64,000 nucleotides of DNA, from the NCBI GenBank assembly GCA_963700155.1, contig OY969472.1:680690-744689 (forward strand), in the 5' to 3' direction. Under the pieces are notes generated by a model that saw only the letters and a list, made by a program, of their open reading frames with translations, did no database searches and was not told the DNA's origin. Shown here piece by piece: positions 45,890-57,112 of the stretch (position 1 is the stretch's first letter; the number at the start of each line of letters is the position of its first letter). A program made the position numbers and the translations under genes. The DNA comes from an uncultured bacterium (GTDB lineage: Bacteria; Patescibacteriota; Dojkabacteria; J137).

Positions 45890-46891
45890 ATGACTAACAG
45901 AGTTACTGATCCAAATTTAAAAAACGAATCTGAGGAGAGTCTTGAGACTTCTTTAAGACCAATAAATTTCGAAGAGATTATCGGAAGAGAATCTGAGAAG
46001 AAGAGCATTCAAATTATGATTCATTCAGCCAGAAAAAGAAAGAAGGCTTTAGATCATATACTTTTTCATGGCCCTCCAGGTTTAGGTAAGACTAGTTTTG
46101 CATATGTTATAGCGAAAGAAATGAGGTCGCCTGTCCATATTACTAATGGATCGGTGATTGATAAGACAGGCGACCTTGCAGCAATTCTAACTTCTTTAGA
46201 AGAAAACTCAATATTATTTATTGATGAGATTCATAGATTAAAACATAATATTGAAGAAATCCTTTATCCAGCTATGGAAGATAATGCTTTAGATATAATT
46301 ATAGGAAAAGGACCAAATGCAAAAACTTTAAGACTCGAACTTCCTCCATTTACAATCATTGGAGCCACAACAAAATTATCAATGCTTAGTGCACCTTTAA
46401 GAGATAGGTTTGGTATGACTTTTAGACTTGATTTTTATTCAGATGACGAATTATTCTTAATTGTGAAGCAAAAAGCTACTAAAATGGCTGTTCACATTGA
46501 TGACAAAGCTGCATTTGAGATTGCAAGAAGATCTAGAATGACATCGAGAATCGCAATCCGAATCTTAAAACGAGTAAGAGATATGGCTGTAGTTAAAAAT
46601 CAGGATCTTATTAATATTGATATAGTTATTGAAGCACTTGATCTTTTGGGTATTGATAATAATGGTCTTGATGATATTGATAGAAATATTATTAAAACCT
46701 TAATTGTAAATTTTGATAATAAACCTGTAGGCTTAAATACTTTATCAGCATCAATCTCAGAGGAAAAAGAAACTTTAGAAAGTATTTACGAACCTTTTTT
46801 ATTAAAGAAAGGTTATATCAAGAGGACTCCAAAGGGTAGAGTGGTTACTACTAAGGCTCAACAGGAGTATGGAGATTTACTTTTTTTATAG
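45890..46891 (+). CDS. ruvB: Holliday junction ATP-dependent helicase RuvB
   Basis: Walker A GPPGLGKTS. Conserved RuvB motifs (LFIDEIHRL; RTPRIAIRIL). Confidence 0.9.
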   Translation: MTNRVTDPNLKNESEESLETSLRPINFEEIIGRESEKKSIQIMIHSARKRKKALDHILFHGPPGLGKTSFAYVIAKEMRSPVHITNGSVIDKTGDLAAILTSLEENSILFIDEIHRLKHNIEEILYPAMEDNALDIIIGKGPNAKTLRLELPPFTIIGATTKLSMLSAPLRDRFGMTFRLDFYSDDELFLIVKQKATKMAVHIDDKAAFEIARRSRMTSRIAIRILKRVRDMAVVKNQDLINIDIVIEALDLLGIDNNGLDDIDRNIIKTLIVNFDNKPVGLNTLSASISEEKETLESIYEPFLLKKGYIKRTPKGRVVTTKAQQEYGDLLFL

Positions 46892-46980
46892 TTTTTGAAT
46901 TGATTTATAGTAAAATTGAAGATATGTTTCAGTTTTAGATTAAAAAGAGTAGAGTATTAAAAATAGTTAACTTAACTAAT

Positions 46981-48123
46981 ATGTATAAAAATTTAAGTAC
47001 AAGAGGAAGAGCAATTTTAGTTTCAATTGTAGTTGGATTGCTAGTATTTGCAATTAGTAGTCCTATTGCATCAAATCTGTATGAACTATTGTTCCCTCCT
47101 AGTGAAGTAACTAACGTAAAAATTACCGAAAAAGATAGTGAGATTGATGTTGATTGGAGTAAGAACCCAGAAGGAGATGTAATCTCTTATAATTTAAGCC
47201 TTGGTAATGATGAAGTAAAGATAGATAAAGACACTACAACATATTCTTTCTATAAGTTGGATAATTCTCAGTCTTACCCATTTTCTATTACTGCAGAAGA
47301 CGATTCTGGCAAGGTTTCAACACCATTCAGCATAAATGTTCAACCAACTGATAAAACAAATACTGAAACATATAACCAAAGTAATTTGGAATCAGACAAT
47401 TCAAGAAATATAATAATAACTTCTCTAGTTATTGCATTCATAGTATTTATTTTAAACTTATGGGTTTTGTTTTTTAAAGTAAATAAAAGTACAATATTTA
47501 CCGTAGGGCTATTCCCAAGTTTTTGTACGATGGCGTTCCTAATTTTTGCTTTAACTTTATCAGCTTCAATTAGTTCTTTTAGTAGTAGATTGATTTTTTC
47601 ATTAGCTGTTTTTTTTGGATTTACATTAGGTATGTATTTAATTTTGCTAACTTCAAATATTCTAAATGGTTCTGTTCATAATGATATTCCTCTTTCTCAA
47701 GCCGGTAAGGCATCGCAATTTATCTTTGCATTAATCTCTACTTATCTAATACTAATTTATGCATTTGGCTCATATCAGGATTTTACAACAAGAATTATTA
47801 TTTCTTTACCATTTGTTTATTACTTTAGTTATTCATCAATTTGGATGACAAAAAATGTATCATCAGAACAGGTATTTATAAGATCGTTTGTGATTACTAT
47901 GATAATGGGCTTATCACTTTTAGTATTTTCAATATGGCCGATTGAGAGTGTTTATGCAATCTTAGCAGCTTCTGTTATTTTCTATATTCTTCTTAATGTT
48001 GCATTGGAAATAAGAAAACATTTGAATCGTACTATATGGATAGAGTATGGCATCCTTACAATACTAATTCTAATTTTACTCTTCACCAATGGTTCTTGGG
48101 GAATTAATGGGACGTTAATTTAA
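46981..48123 (+). CDS. Hypothetical membrane protein: signal anchor, ~110-aa extracytoplasmic beta-rich (possibly FN3/Ig-like) domain, then ~6-7 TM helices
   Basis: Hydrophobicity pattern read from the translation. No catalytic motif. Confidence 0.35.
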   Translation: MYKNLSTRGRAILVSIVVGLLVFAISSPIASNLYELLFPPSEVTNVKITEKDSEIDVDWSKNPEGDVISYNLSLGNDEVKIDKDTTTYSFYKLDNSQSYPFSITAEDDSGKVSTPFSINVQPTDKTNTETYNQSNLESDNSRNIIITSLVIAFIVFILNLWVLFFKVNKSTIFTVGLFPSFCTMAFLIFALTLSASISSFSSRLIFSLAVFFGFTLGMYLILLTSNILNGSVHNDIPLSQAGKASQFIFALISTYLILIYAFGSYQDFTTRIIISLPFVYYFSYSSIWMTKNVSSEQVFIRSFVITMIMGLSLLVFSIWPIESVYAILAASVIFYILLNVALEIRKHLNRTIWIEYGILTILILILLFTNGSWGINGTLI

Positions 48124-49028
48124 TTAAATTTCGACAAACTCAAAATTTTCTTCGCAAATAGAGTAGTGACTTCAAGAGTAGAGAGACCTCATTCCATTAT
48201 TGTCACTTTATTCCATAATAAAATTTATAAAAGTTTTTATTAAGAGAATTATTAGTAAAAATAAAAAACTCAATTTCTCTGAAATAATTTGTGAAAATCG
48301 ATGGGGGAGAGAGTGAAACAATCTGATTCAGACTTTAAAGCTACTGAGTATAATGTACCTTATATTTAGTAACCTTATATTTAAAAGGACTGGAGGGCTA
48401 TCCATGACTTCTTATAAATAGATTTATTAACACTCACTTAGTTATTAATATGATGTAACTTACCTATTTATTTATCGAAATTTCTGAATTTATGTTTTTT
48501 ATTATTATTAATCTTAATTTCTATCTAATTACTAATAAAATCTTTAGAGATCAAAGGTAAATAAGGTCCTCTTTTACTTTTAACAATCCTCTACTTTGCT
48601 AAAAGCATTGTGTGGCAATGATTTCCAAGAAAATCGCGTTTAAATAAGCTAGAAGAATTTAGAGGTATAATGAGTCATCTTTTCAAATAAATATTTTGTA
48701 CCAGACTCCATAGATAGCAATTTCAGGGATTTTTTGTTTTAAAATTATAATTAATTTAAGTTAACTTTCTGAAATTAATTAATTTAAAAACATTTAAACT
48801 TTAATAATGAATTTCAAGATTTAATATAAAAATTATTTATAAATAAAATTTAGTATTAATTACAAAAAATCCTAGAATCAAGATCAGAATTTGATAAGAA
48901 TATTATTATATTTATAATATAAAAGGAGAAATATTTATTAGCTCTATAAATACCGATTAAAGTTTCACAATGATTAAGTGAATGTTTCACGATATAGAGA
49001 AAGATAATCGAGAATTCAATTGTTGATA
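48124..49028. other. ~905-bp ORF-free, extremely AT-rich intergenic region between the convergent membrane-protein gene and gyrA. Contains a tandem 12-mer (accttatattta x2 at 48357-48383).
   Basis: No ORF >60 aa in any frame of the provided track. Sequence read directly. Confidence 0.6.
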
Positions 49029-51686
49029 TTAGATTATTGCTGCTGCAGCAACTTTATCATCTCCTTTTAACCTCATCAAAGTTACTCCGGATGTCTGTCT
49101 ATTTCTGGAAGGAAGAGTATCAGTTGGTATTCGGACAGCCTGCCCTTTCCCGCTTAGGATAAGCAAATCCTTGCCTGGATGATCTAAAATTCTTGCAATA
49201 ACTAATTTCCCGGTTTTGTTATTAACCCTAGCGGCGAAGATACCTGACCCTCCTCTATTCTGAGTACCAAACTGTTTTAATTGAGTTATTTTTCCAAATC
49301 CATTTTCTGAAATAGTTAGCATATATTCTTCTTCGGTTCTTAGAACATCCATTGATATGACTTCATCACCTTCTTTTAGCCTAATTCCTCGAACTCCTTG
49401 AGAAGATCGTCCAGTTTCTCTTGTATCTTCTTCTTTAAATCTTATTGATTTAGCATTTTGAGTAACTAGAATAATTTCACTTTTACCAGTTGTTGGTCTT
49501 ACCCAAATTAATTCATCATCACCAATTAATGTAATTGCAATTAATCCATTAGATCTTATGTTTTCATATTCAGAGATTGCTGTCTTTTTAACAGTTCCTA
49601 ATTTTGTAGCCATGAATAAATATTCGTACTTTTTGCCTTTTGTTTCTTTCTTTTCCTCATCTTCTTGCTCAATATCTTCATCAAGTATATGTCCTTCAGC
49701 GCTTCTTGTTAGAACACTTGTAACCAGCTCATCGGGTGAAATATTTATTAAGTTAACTACAGGGATTCCTTTAGCGGTTCTGGCATATTCAGGAATTTCA
49801 TAAACTTTCAGTGAATAAACCTTTCCTTTATTAGTAAAGAACATAATTTCATCATGAGTATTGCAGTCGAAGACGTGTCTCACAGAGTCATCTTCTTTGG
49901 TAGCCATGGTTTTTATGCCAGAACCGCCTCGTTTTTGCTGTTTGTAAGTATCGTATTTGATTCTCTTGATATAACCTTGAGTGCTAATGGTTACGAATGT
50001 CTTTTCATTTGCAATCAAATCTTCTTCAGAGAATTCATCAACATCTCCTTTAAATACTTTGGTTTTTCTTTCGTCACCATATTTATCTCTGAGTTCGACT
50101 ACTTCATTCTTTACAATCTTTAAAACTTCATCAGGGCTATTCAAAATGAATAATATCTCTTTTATTCTTTCTTTTATTGCTTTATATTCATCTTCAATCT
50201 TCTGTCTTTCAAGAGCAGCAAGTCTTGCAAGTCTCATATCTAAGATAGCTTGTGCCTGAATTTCAGTTAGCTTGAATTTTTTCATTAATGCATTCTTTGC
50301 AGTTTCAACATCTTTTGAGCTCCTAATGGTATTGATAACTTCATCTAAATGATCTAAAGCTATCATCAAACCTTCTAAAATATGTTCACGTTGTCTTGCG
50401 GAAGCAAGTTCAACTTCATGTCTTCTTATTACAATTTCTTGTCTATGGATAATATAAAGTTCTAGTATCTGAGTTAAGTTTAGAAGTCTTGGTTCACCTT
50501 TTACTAAAGCTAATATATTTGCATTAAATGACTTTTGAAGTTCTGTATATTTATAAAGCTGATTTTGAACAGTCTTTGGTTTTGATTCTTTCTTTAATTC
50601 AATAACAATCCTTATTCCTTCTTTATTTGATTCATCTCTTAAATCTGAAATACCATCAATTTTTTTATCTTTATATAGTTGAGCAATTTTAGCTAACAAT
50701 GTTGCTTTATTAACCTGATAAGGGAGTTCTGTAATAATGATTCTAAATCGTCCTATCTTTGACTCTTCAATCTTAGAAACAGCTCTCATTACTATTCCAC
50801 CTCGTCCAGTTTCATAAACAGCCTGGATATTTTTCTTATTGAAAATTTGAGCACCTGTAGGAAAGTCTGGTCCATGAATTTCATTTAAGAGTACATCAAT
50901 ATCTACATCAGATTCAAATTGGTGAAATCTTTCTTTAGGAAGATTTTCAAGATCTTTATCTGTTTTTACATCATTTTCATAATTTATGTTTATATCTTTT
51001 AATGAATCTATATTCCATTTATTACCGTTCTCAATCATTTTTATAATTCCGTTACATACTTCTGTTAAGTTATGCGGTGGAATTTTAGTAGCCATACCGA
51101 CTGCAATTCCTTCTGATCCATTTACTAGGAGGTTAGGAACAAGTCCTGGCAAAACTAATGGTTCAACTTCTGTACCATCATAATTAGGTCCATAATCAAC
51201 TGTATTCTCTACTCCTTCTAAAAGTTTCGCACCGATTTTATCAAGTCTGGCTTCAATATACCTTGCAGCAGCAGCTGGATCACCGTCAATCGATCCGAAA
51301 TTACCTTGTCCATCGACAAGAGTATATCTCATGGTAAAGTCCTGCCCTAGTCTGACCAATGCATCATTAATTGCCATATCTCCATGTGGATGGTATTTAC
51401 CCATTGTTTCCCCGGAGATTCTAGCAACTTTTTTATAAGCGCTGCCGGGCATAATTCCCATCTTATACATTGCATAGAGTATTCTTCTTTGTACTGGCTT
51501 TAATCCATCCCTAACGTCCGGCAGCGCTCTTGCAACAATAACGCTCATGGCATAATTAATATAGCCGGTCTTCATTATTGAAGAAATATCTTCATTTATT
51601 AGATTAGGGTTTTGAGTTGATTCGATTGTAGTTTCTTTTACTTCATCTGCCATTTTATATTTTAAATTTATAAATAATTCGGACAC
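49029..51686 (-). CDS. gyrA: DNA gyrase subunit A
   Basis: Active-site region (AMSVIVARALPDVRDGLKPVQRRILY), catalytic Tyr region, C-terminal beta-pinwheel repeats. Confidence 0.95.
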   Translation of the reverse strand: MSELFINLKYKMADEVKETTIESTQNPNLINEDISSIMKTGYINYAMSVIVARALPDVRDGLKPVQRRILYAMYKMGIMPGSAYKKVARISGETMGKYHPHGDMAINDALVRLGQDFTMRYTLVDGQGNFGSIDGDPAAAARYIEARLDKIGAKLLEGVENTVDYGPNYDGTEVEPLVLPGLVPNLLVNGSEGIAVGMATKIPPHNLTEVCNGIIKMIENGNKWNIDSLKDININYENDVKTDKDLENLPKERFHQFESDVDIDVLLNEIHGPDFPTGAQIFNKKNIQAVYETGRGGIVMRAVSKIEESKIGRFRIIITELPYQVNKATLLAKIAQLYKDKKIDGISDLRDESNKEGIRIVIELKKESKPKTVQNQLYKYTELQKSFNANILALVKGEPRLLNLTQILELYIIHRQEIVIRRHEVELASARQREHILEGLMIALDHLDEVINTIRSSKDVETAKNALMKKFKLTEIQAQAILDMRLARLAALERQKIEDEYKAIKERIKEILFILNSPDEVLKIVKNEVVELRDKYGDERKTKVFKGDVDEFSEEDLIANEKTFVTISTQGYIKRIKYDTYKQQKRGGSGIKTMATKEDDSVRHVFDCNTHDEIMFFTNKGKVYSLKVYEIPEYARTAKGIPVVNLINISPDELVTSVLTRSAEGHILDEDIEQEDEEKKETKGKKYEYLFMATKLGTVKKTAISEYENIRSNGLIAITLIGDDELIWVRPTTGKSEIILVTQNAKSIRFKEEDTRETGRSSQGVRGIRLKEGDEVISMDVLRTEEEYMLTISENGFGKITQLKQFGTQNRGGSGIFAARVNNKTGKLVIARILDHPGKDLLILSGKGQAVRIPTDTLPSRNRQTSGVTLMRLKGDDKVAAAAII

Positions 51687-51704
51687 ATAATTCAGACATT
51701 AATT

Positions 51705-53621
51705 TTAAACATCAAGTTCTGCCTCGGAACTATATGTTTCAATAAATTTCTTTCTTGGAGGGACTTCTTCTCCCATTAAAATATCAAACATTTTACTAGC
51801 TTCTTCTGCATCTTCAATTATTACCTTTTTTAGTATTCTTGTATGGGGATCCATAGTCGTTTCCCAAAGCTGATCTGCATTCATCTCTCCTAAACCTTTA
51901 AATCTTTGAACATGGGGGTACTTTGCAGGTTTTCTTTCATCTAATAAAGCTTTAAGTTCTCCATCATTTTTAACCCAAACTGTATCGTTAGGAGAAAATA
52001 CGACCTTATAAAGAGGTGGTTGAGATACATAGACATAGCCATTTTCTATAATCTTTCTCATGTGTCTAAAGAATAATGTAAGCATAAGTGTTCTTATATG
52101 ATCTCCATCAACATCAGCATCTGACATTAAAACAATCTTATGATATCTAAGTTTTTCTATCATGAAAGTTTCACCAATTCCAGCTCCTAAAGCTTTAACA
52201 AGATCTCCCATTGCTGGATTAGATAGTACTTTATCTATTCTATATTTCTCCGAGTTGATTGGTTTCCCGAAGTAAGGAAAAATTGCTTGAATATTTCTAT
52301 CTCTCCCCTGCTTTGCTGGTCCTGCAGCTGAATCCCCTTCGACAATAAATAGTTCACTTATTGTAGGATCTTTTGTAGAACAATCAGCTAGTTTTCCTGG
52401 AAGTCCTCCTCCTTCAAATATGCTCTTTCTTACTACAGCATCCCTAGCAGCTTTTGCAGCTGTTCTTGCTTTAAATGCAAGTAATACTCTAGTCATTATT
52501 GCTTTTGCATCTTGTGGATTTTCTGAGAGATAAGTTTTGAAATTATCTTCAAAAGCTTTTCTTACAGCTTGAGCAACTTCTGTATTATTTAATTTCCCTT
52601 TAGTTTGGCCTTCGAACTGAGGATCTTGCAGCTTTACAGAGATTGCAGCTGTCATTCCTTCTCTAACGTCATCTCCAGTTAATCTAATAAGCTTTTCTTT
52701 TTCATTTCCATTCTCTGAAATATAGCTATTTAAAGTCTTCGTTAGAGCTGTCCTAAAACCGGACAGGTGTGTTCCTCCATCAATATTTAAAACATTGTTT
52801 GCAAATGCATATTCAGTTGTTTGAATGTCATCCGTATATTGTAAAGCTACTTCGATATCAATATCATCAACATTGGACTTTAGATGAAAGATATTTTTAT
52901 TAATATTTTTATGATGACTGTTAAGGTGTAAGACATAAGACTTCAATCCACCTTCAAAAAAGAAAGCAAAATATCTCTCACCGCCATCTCTTTTATCGAT
53001 AAATTCAAATTTTATTCCTCCATTTAGATAGGCATGTTGTCTTAATCTGGTAAGAATAGTTTTATAGTTGAACTCAATAATTTTAAATATATTTGAGTCT
53101 GGTTTGAAAGTTACTTTTGTTCCAGTTTCATGAGCATTATTTTTACCCTCTACTTTTACATCATATTTAGGGTTACCTATTTCATATTCTTGAATATAAA
53201 CTCCATCTTTTTTATAAACTTCAATTTTACACCACTCACTTAATGCATTTACAACTGAAAGTCCAACTCCATGGAGTCCAGAGCTTACTTTGTAAGCATT
53301 TTTATCGAATTTTCCACCGGCATGTAGGACCGTTGCAGCAAGTTGTAAAGCACTAACCTTCTCTGTTGGATGGATATCAACTGGAATTCCTCGACCATCA
53401 TCTCTTATTGTTGCAGAACCATCCTGATTTAAAATTACACTAACTGTGTGGGCATAGCCAGCCAAAGCCTCGTCAATTGCATTATCTACAATTTCCCAGA
53501 TCATATGATGAAGTCCAACTTCATCAGTTCCTCCTATATACATTGCTGGTCTTTTTCTGACTGCTTCTAAACCTTTTAAAACAGTGATGCTTGATGCGCT
53601 GTACTCGTTTTCATTACTCAT
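51705..53621 (-). CDS. gyrB: DNA gyrase subunit B
   Basis: GHKL ATPase motifs (HHMIWEIVDNAIDE; GLHGVGLSVVNALS), Toprim (EGDSAGG), C-terminal QRFKGLGEM. Confidence 0.95.
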   Translation of the reverse strand: MSNENEYSASSITVLKGLEAVRKRPAMYIGGTDEVGLHHMIWEIVDNAIDEALAGYAHTVSVILNQDGSATIRDDGRGIPVDIHPTEKVSALQLAATVLHAGGKFDKNAYKVSSGLHGVGLSVVNALSEWCKIEVYKKDGVYIQEYEIGNPKYDVKVEGKNNAHETGTKVTFKPDSNIFKIIEFNYKTILTRLRQHAYLNGGIKFEFIDKRDGGERYFAFFFEGGLKSYVLHLNSHHKNINKNIFHLKSNVDDIDIEVALQYTDDIQTTEYAFANNVLNIDGGTHLSGFRTALTKTLNSYISENGNEKEKLIRLTGDDVREGMTAAISVKLQDPQFEGQTKGKLNNTEVAQAVRKAFEDNFKTYLSENPQDAKAIMTRVLLAFKARTAAKAARDAVVRKSIFEGGGLPGKLADCSTKDPTISELFIVEGDSAAGPAKQGRDRNIQAIFPYFGKPINSEKYRIDKVLSNPAMGDLVKALGAGIGETFMIEKLRYHKIVLMSDADVDGDHIRTLMLTLFFRHMRKIIENGYVYVSQPPLYKVVFSPNDTVWVKNDGELKALLDERKPAKYPHVQRFKGLGEMNADQLWETTMDPHTRILKKVIIEDAEEASKMFDILMGEEVPPRKKFIETYSSEAELDV

Positions 53622-53839
53622 ACAATATCTCTCTAAAATAACATAATAATTTGAAAGCTATAGATTTTATCACTATAACTAATCTTAGACAACCCCTTAA
53701 AAGTGCCTATAGATAATTAAATTCGCCAACAAGATATAAAAAATCCAGACAAATTTCTCTGGCTAGATTCCTTTAGTAGCAACGAAATAGACAGAATATT
53801 CAGGATAATTTACATCAAGATGTAAGATTTAATTTACTG

Positions 53840-54358
53840 CTATTTTTTTTGCTTCTCTTTAAAATTTGCAACTTCGAAATCGATTTTATGTTTTATAGCA
53901 ATCTCGAGTTCACCGATAACCGGCATACTATAGACAACAATAGCAGTTAGAAGAATTGCCATTAAACTGACTAGCACATCTTTAACTTCTGCATTCCTTC
54001 CATTCCCTGTTAAAGCTTGTGTATATTCTTCAAAAATAGCGAAAAGTGTTGAACTTAATATAGTTATAATTACAACAAGTGTTTCAATAATTAGTACAAA
54101 TTCTGCATCTTCAATTTCTTCCTGTTTTGATCTCCATTTTGAAAGTCTCTCTACTGTAGATTTTAATGTGATAATTATTGATCTATATATTAATATAAAG
54201 AATATAGAATAAAGAACCATTCTGAATAGTACTTTAACTAATTCATCAGTAACCTGGTCTCCAGCATTTAAATAAGGAAGAGTTGCTAACCAATAGATTA
54301 ATAAAGCAAATAAGAAAGTACTCCCCCACGCATATAATAAAAATGCAGCTCTTTTCAT
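53840..54358 (-). CDS. Hypothetical membrane protein (4 TM), 172 aa
   Basis: ORF track and hydrophobic segments. Confidence 0.35.
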   Translation of the reverse strand: MKRAAFLLYAWGSTFLFALLIYWLATLPYLNAGDQVTDELVKVLFRMVLYSIFFILIYRSIIITLKSTVERLSKWRSKQEEIEDAEFVLIIETLVVIITILSSTLFAIFEEYTQALTGNGRNAEVKDVLVSLMAILLTAIVVYSMPVIGELEIAIKHKIDFEVANFKEKQKK

Positions 54359-54390
54359 TTAGACTTCTTTAAAAATTAATAAATCGGACA

Positions 54391-55038
54391 TTATTTTATA
54401 TAAATTGCTAATAGATTAAGACTTAATTTTAAATTTACATTCCTTTTAATTCCTACATAGACACTCTTAATGATCTTGATATTAGATTCATAAGAATCAG
54501 ATACCGGAACTACCTTAATGATTTCAAATACAATATTAGCAATCTCATCTCTATTATCATAATCTTTTAATAATTTTTCAACTATTTTTAATCTTTCAAG
54601 ATAGTCAGCTTTATAAAATTTTTCAGCAATCTCTTTATAGGGGTTATTCTCTTCATCTCTGCTAGCATTATTTAAGTTGAAAATAAGACATCTTGATTTT
54701 ATTGTCTCAAGGATTATTTCACTATTAATAGATATTAGTATAAATAAAGTGTTTTCGTTAGGTTCCTCTAGATTCTTTAATAAAGAGTTTTGAGCTTCCA
54801 TTGTAAGATTCTCTGCACTTCGTATTACAACAAACTTAGTATCTTTATTTTTTAAATTAATCCATTGAGAAATTTCTTTAACCTGTGAGATATTTATACT
54901 ATTTGATTTAATAGGAGCAATCTCATACATATTTATAGAGTTGAACCCTTTTATTCCAACATTACTCTCTAAGAAATTTTTTAACTCTTCAATTGTAAGA
55001 TCTTTATTTGAATTTATTAATATTGATTGGAATTTCAT
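54391..55038 (-). CDS. holB: DNA polymerase III delta'-like clamp-loader subunit, short form lacking an N-terminal P-loop
   Basis: Region FVVIRSAENLTMEAQNSLLKNLEEPNENTLFILISINSEIILETIKSRC matches the delta' sensor/SRC box. No GxxGxGK present. Confidence 0.55.
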   Translation of the reverse strand: MKFQSILINSNKDLTIEELKNFLESNVGIKGFNSINMYEIAPIKSNSINISQVKEISQWINLKNKDTKFVVIRSAENLTMEAQNSLLKNLEEPNENTLFILISINSEIILETIKSRCLIFNLNNASRDEENNPYKEIAEKFYKADYLERLKIVEKLLKDYDNRDEIANIVFEIIKVVPVSDSYESNIKIIKSVYVGIKRNVNLKLSLNLLAIYIK

Positions 55039-55137
55039 TGATGTAATTATTTTAGCTAAGTTCTCTGTAACTTTTTTTATTATTAGTATATTATATCTTT
55101 AAGTCCGAATTTAAGTTTTAATTTGAGTAAATAAATT

Positions 55138-57042
55138 ATGTCTTCTGATAACCAAAGTTCTAGGTTCTCTTCAAATGTGGTCACTAAGGATAATGATAAC
55201 AAAGAGTACCTAAATAAACTAAAAGATTATATAAAAAACAAAGGTGGCAATACTTCAAGTATAGCTACTGATGCAAATAAGCAATCGCCTTCTATTAAAG
55301 GAAGCTCTAATTTAATTGATGCATTATTAACAAAAGGGCTCTTATCTCCTGATCAGTTTAATACAATTAAATTTGAAGCAATTAACACGAATAAAAGTAT
55401 TGAAGATCTATTAAAAGAGAAAAATATTATTTCTCCAAGGGATATTGTAAAAACTTATGCTGAAATGCAGGGGATAAAATATGTGGATCTAACTAATATT
55501 GATGTAGACTTAGATACTTTAAATCTTTTACCAGCTAATGTAGCAAGTTCGAGCCAAGCTGTTGTCTTTGAAGCTACTCCCGAACTTGCTAAGGTTGCAA
55601 TGAAAGATCCATTAGACTTACAAAAGGTAAAATATCTTCAATCAGTTATTGGTCGAAAAGTTGAAGCATATTATGCTTACCAGGAAGATATTCAAAATGT
55701 TATAGATAATAAATATGGTGCTCAACTTGGAACTGAAGTAAGCCAAGCTCTCGAAGAAGTTGGAGATAATGTTTTAGATTTAAGCTCAAGTTATCAAGAA
55801 AGTGAGATAGGGGCTAATATTGAGAGTGCACCTATAATCAAAATTGTAAATATGATTCTTGACTATGGGATTAAAAATAATGCCTCAGATATTCATATCG
55901 AGCCAAGAGAGAAAAGAATAATAGTTAGGTTTAGAATTAGAGGAATTTTATATGAGAAATTAACAATTCCACCTAAACTGCTCCCCTCTATAATTTCCAG
56001 AATTAAAATCTTATCGGGACTTAAGATTGATGAACATAGAATTCCTCAAGATGGAAGATTTCAGGTAAAAAGCGGAAAAAGAATTGTTGATTTAAGAGTT
56101 TCAATAATGCCTAGTATTTATGGGGAAAAGATTGTTATGAGACTTCTGGAAAAAACTAAAGGTATTATGTCTTTAGAAGAGATTGGCTTGAGAGGTACAG
56201 GATTAGCAAGACTTAAAATAGCTTTAAAAAAGACACAAGGAATCATTCTTGTTACTGGTCCAACTGGAAGTGGTAAAACTCAAACATTAGCTAGTTGTCA
56301 GACTCTACTTAATACTCCAGAGGTAAATATTTTAACTTTGGAAGATCCAGTTGAAATAAGAATTGATGGTGTTACTCAAGTACAAGTTAATCCTGATGTA
56401 GGACTTACTTTTGCCACAGGTCTCAGGTCTTTTTTAAGGCAAGACCCAGACATTATTATGGTTGGTGAAATTAGAGATTCTGAGACAGCAGGCTTAGCAG
56501 TTCAGGCTGCTTTAGTTGGAAGACTTGTTTTATCTACTATACATACAAACAGTGCTTCAGGAGCTTTTATAAGGTTAATGGACATGGGGGTTGAACCTTA
56601 TCTACTTACATCAACTATTGATGTTCTAATTGGTCAAAGACTTGTAAGAGTCTTATGTGAATGTAAGCAGCCTTATAAAGCATCACCAGAAGTTGCTAAA
56701 GAAATTCATGAAGAGCTTGATAAGCTTGATGGATTTAAACTTTATAACGAAGATCATAAATTGAAACTTGATTTTAACAAAGAGACAAAAGATATTACTC
56801 TTTATAAAGCTGTAGGTTGTCCGAAATGTAACGGATCCGGCTACTCTACTCGAACCGGTATTTTTGAAGTTCTTAAGATGTCTGAAGCTATCTCTAGATT
56901 AGTTCTAAAAAAAGCTACAATAGATGAAATAACAAAACAAGCTATTGATGAAGGAATGCTAACAATGGTTCAGGATGGTTTTATTAAAGCTTTAGAAGGG
57001 ATCACTACTCTTGAGGAAGTTTTGAGAGTCCGAAATGAGTAA
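55138..57042 (+). CDS. pilB: Type IV pilus assembly ATPase PilB (GspE family)
   Basis: T2SSE_N domain, Walker A GPTGSGKTQTL, Asp/His boxes, tetracysteine motif (CEC...CPKC). Confidence 0.9.
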   Translation: MSSDNQSSRFSSNVVTKDNDNKEYLNKLKDYIKNKGGNTSSIATDANKQSPSIKGSSNLIDALLTKGLLSPDQFNTIKFEAINTNKSIEDLLKEKNIISPRDIVKTYAEMQGIKYVDLTNIDVDLDTLNLLPANVASSSQAVVFEATPELAKVAMKDPLDLQKVKYLQSVIGRKVEAYYAYQEDIQNVIDNKYGAQLGTEVSQALEEVGDNVLDLSSSYQESEIGANIESAPIIKIVNMILDYGIKNNASDIHIEPREKRIIVRFRIRGILYEKLTIPPKLLPSIISRIKILSGLKIDEHRIPQDGRFQVKSGKRIVDLRVSIMPSIYGEKIVMRLLEKTKGIMSLEEIGLRGTGLARLKIALKKTQGIILVTGPTGSGKTQTLASCQTLLNTPEVNILTLEDPVEIRIDGVTQVQVNPDVGLTFATGLRSFLRQDPDIIMVGEIRDSETAGLAVQAALVGRLVLSTIHTNSASGAFIRLMDMGVEPYLLTSTIDVLIGQRLVRVLCECKQPYKASPEVAKEIHEELDKLDGFKLYNEDHKLKLDFNKETKDITLYKAVGCPKCNGSGYSTRTGIFEVLKMSEAISRLVLKKATIDEITKQAIDEGMLTMVQDGFIKALEGITTLEEVLRVRNE

Positions 57043-57112
57043 ATATAATTCATATTGTAATGTTCAAAAAATACATTTAAGATGATTTGTAAGATTAATT
57101 TAAGATTATTCT

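Noticed and set aside
48124-49028. Chromosomal origin (oriC) in the AT-rich gap next to gyrBA
   Set aside because: There is no dnaA/dnaN in the window and no convincing cluster of DnaA boxes (TTATCCACA or close variants) by eye. AT-richness alone is not diagnostic here because the whole genome is AT-rich. It is retained only as something to test by GC skew.
49558-51183. Four plus-strand ORFs inside gyrA
   Set aside because: All lie within the well-conserved gyrA coding region on the opposite strand.
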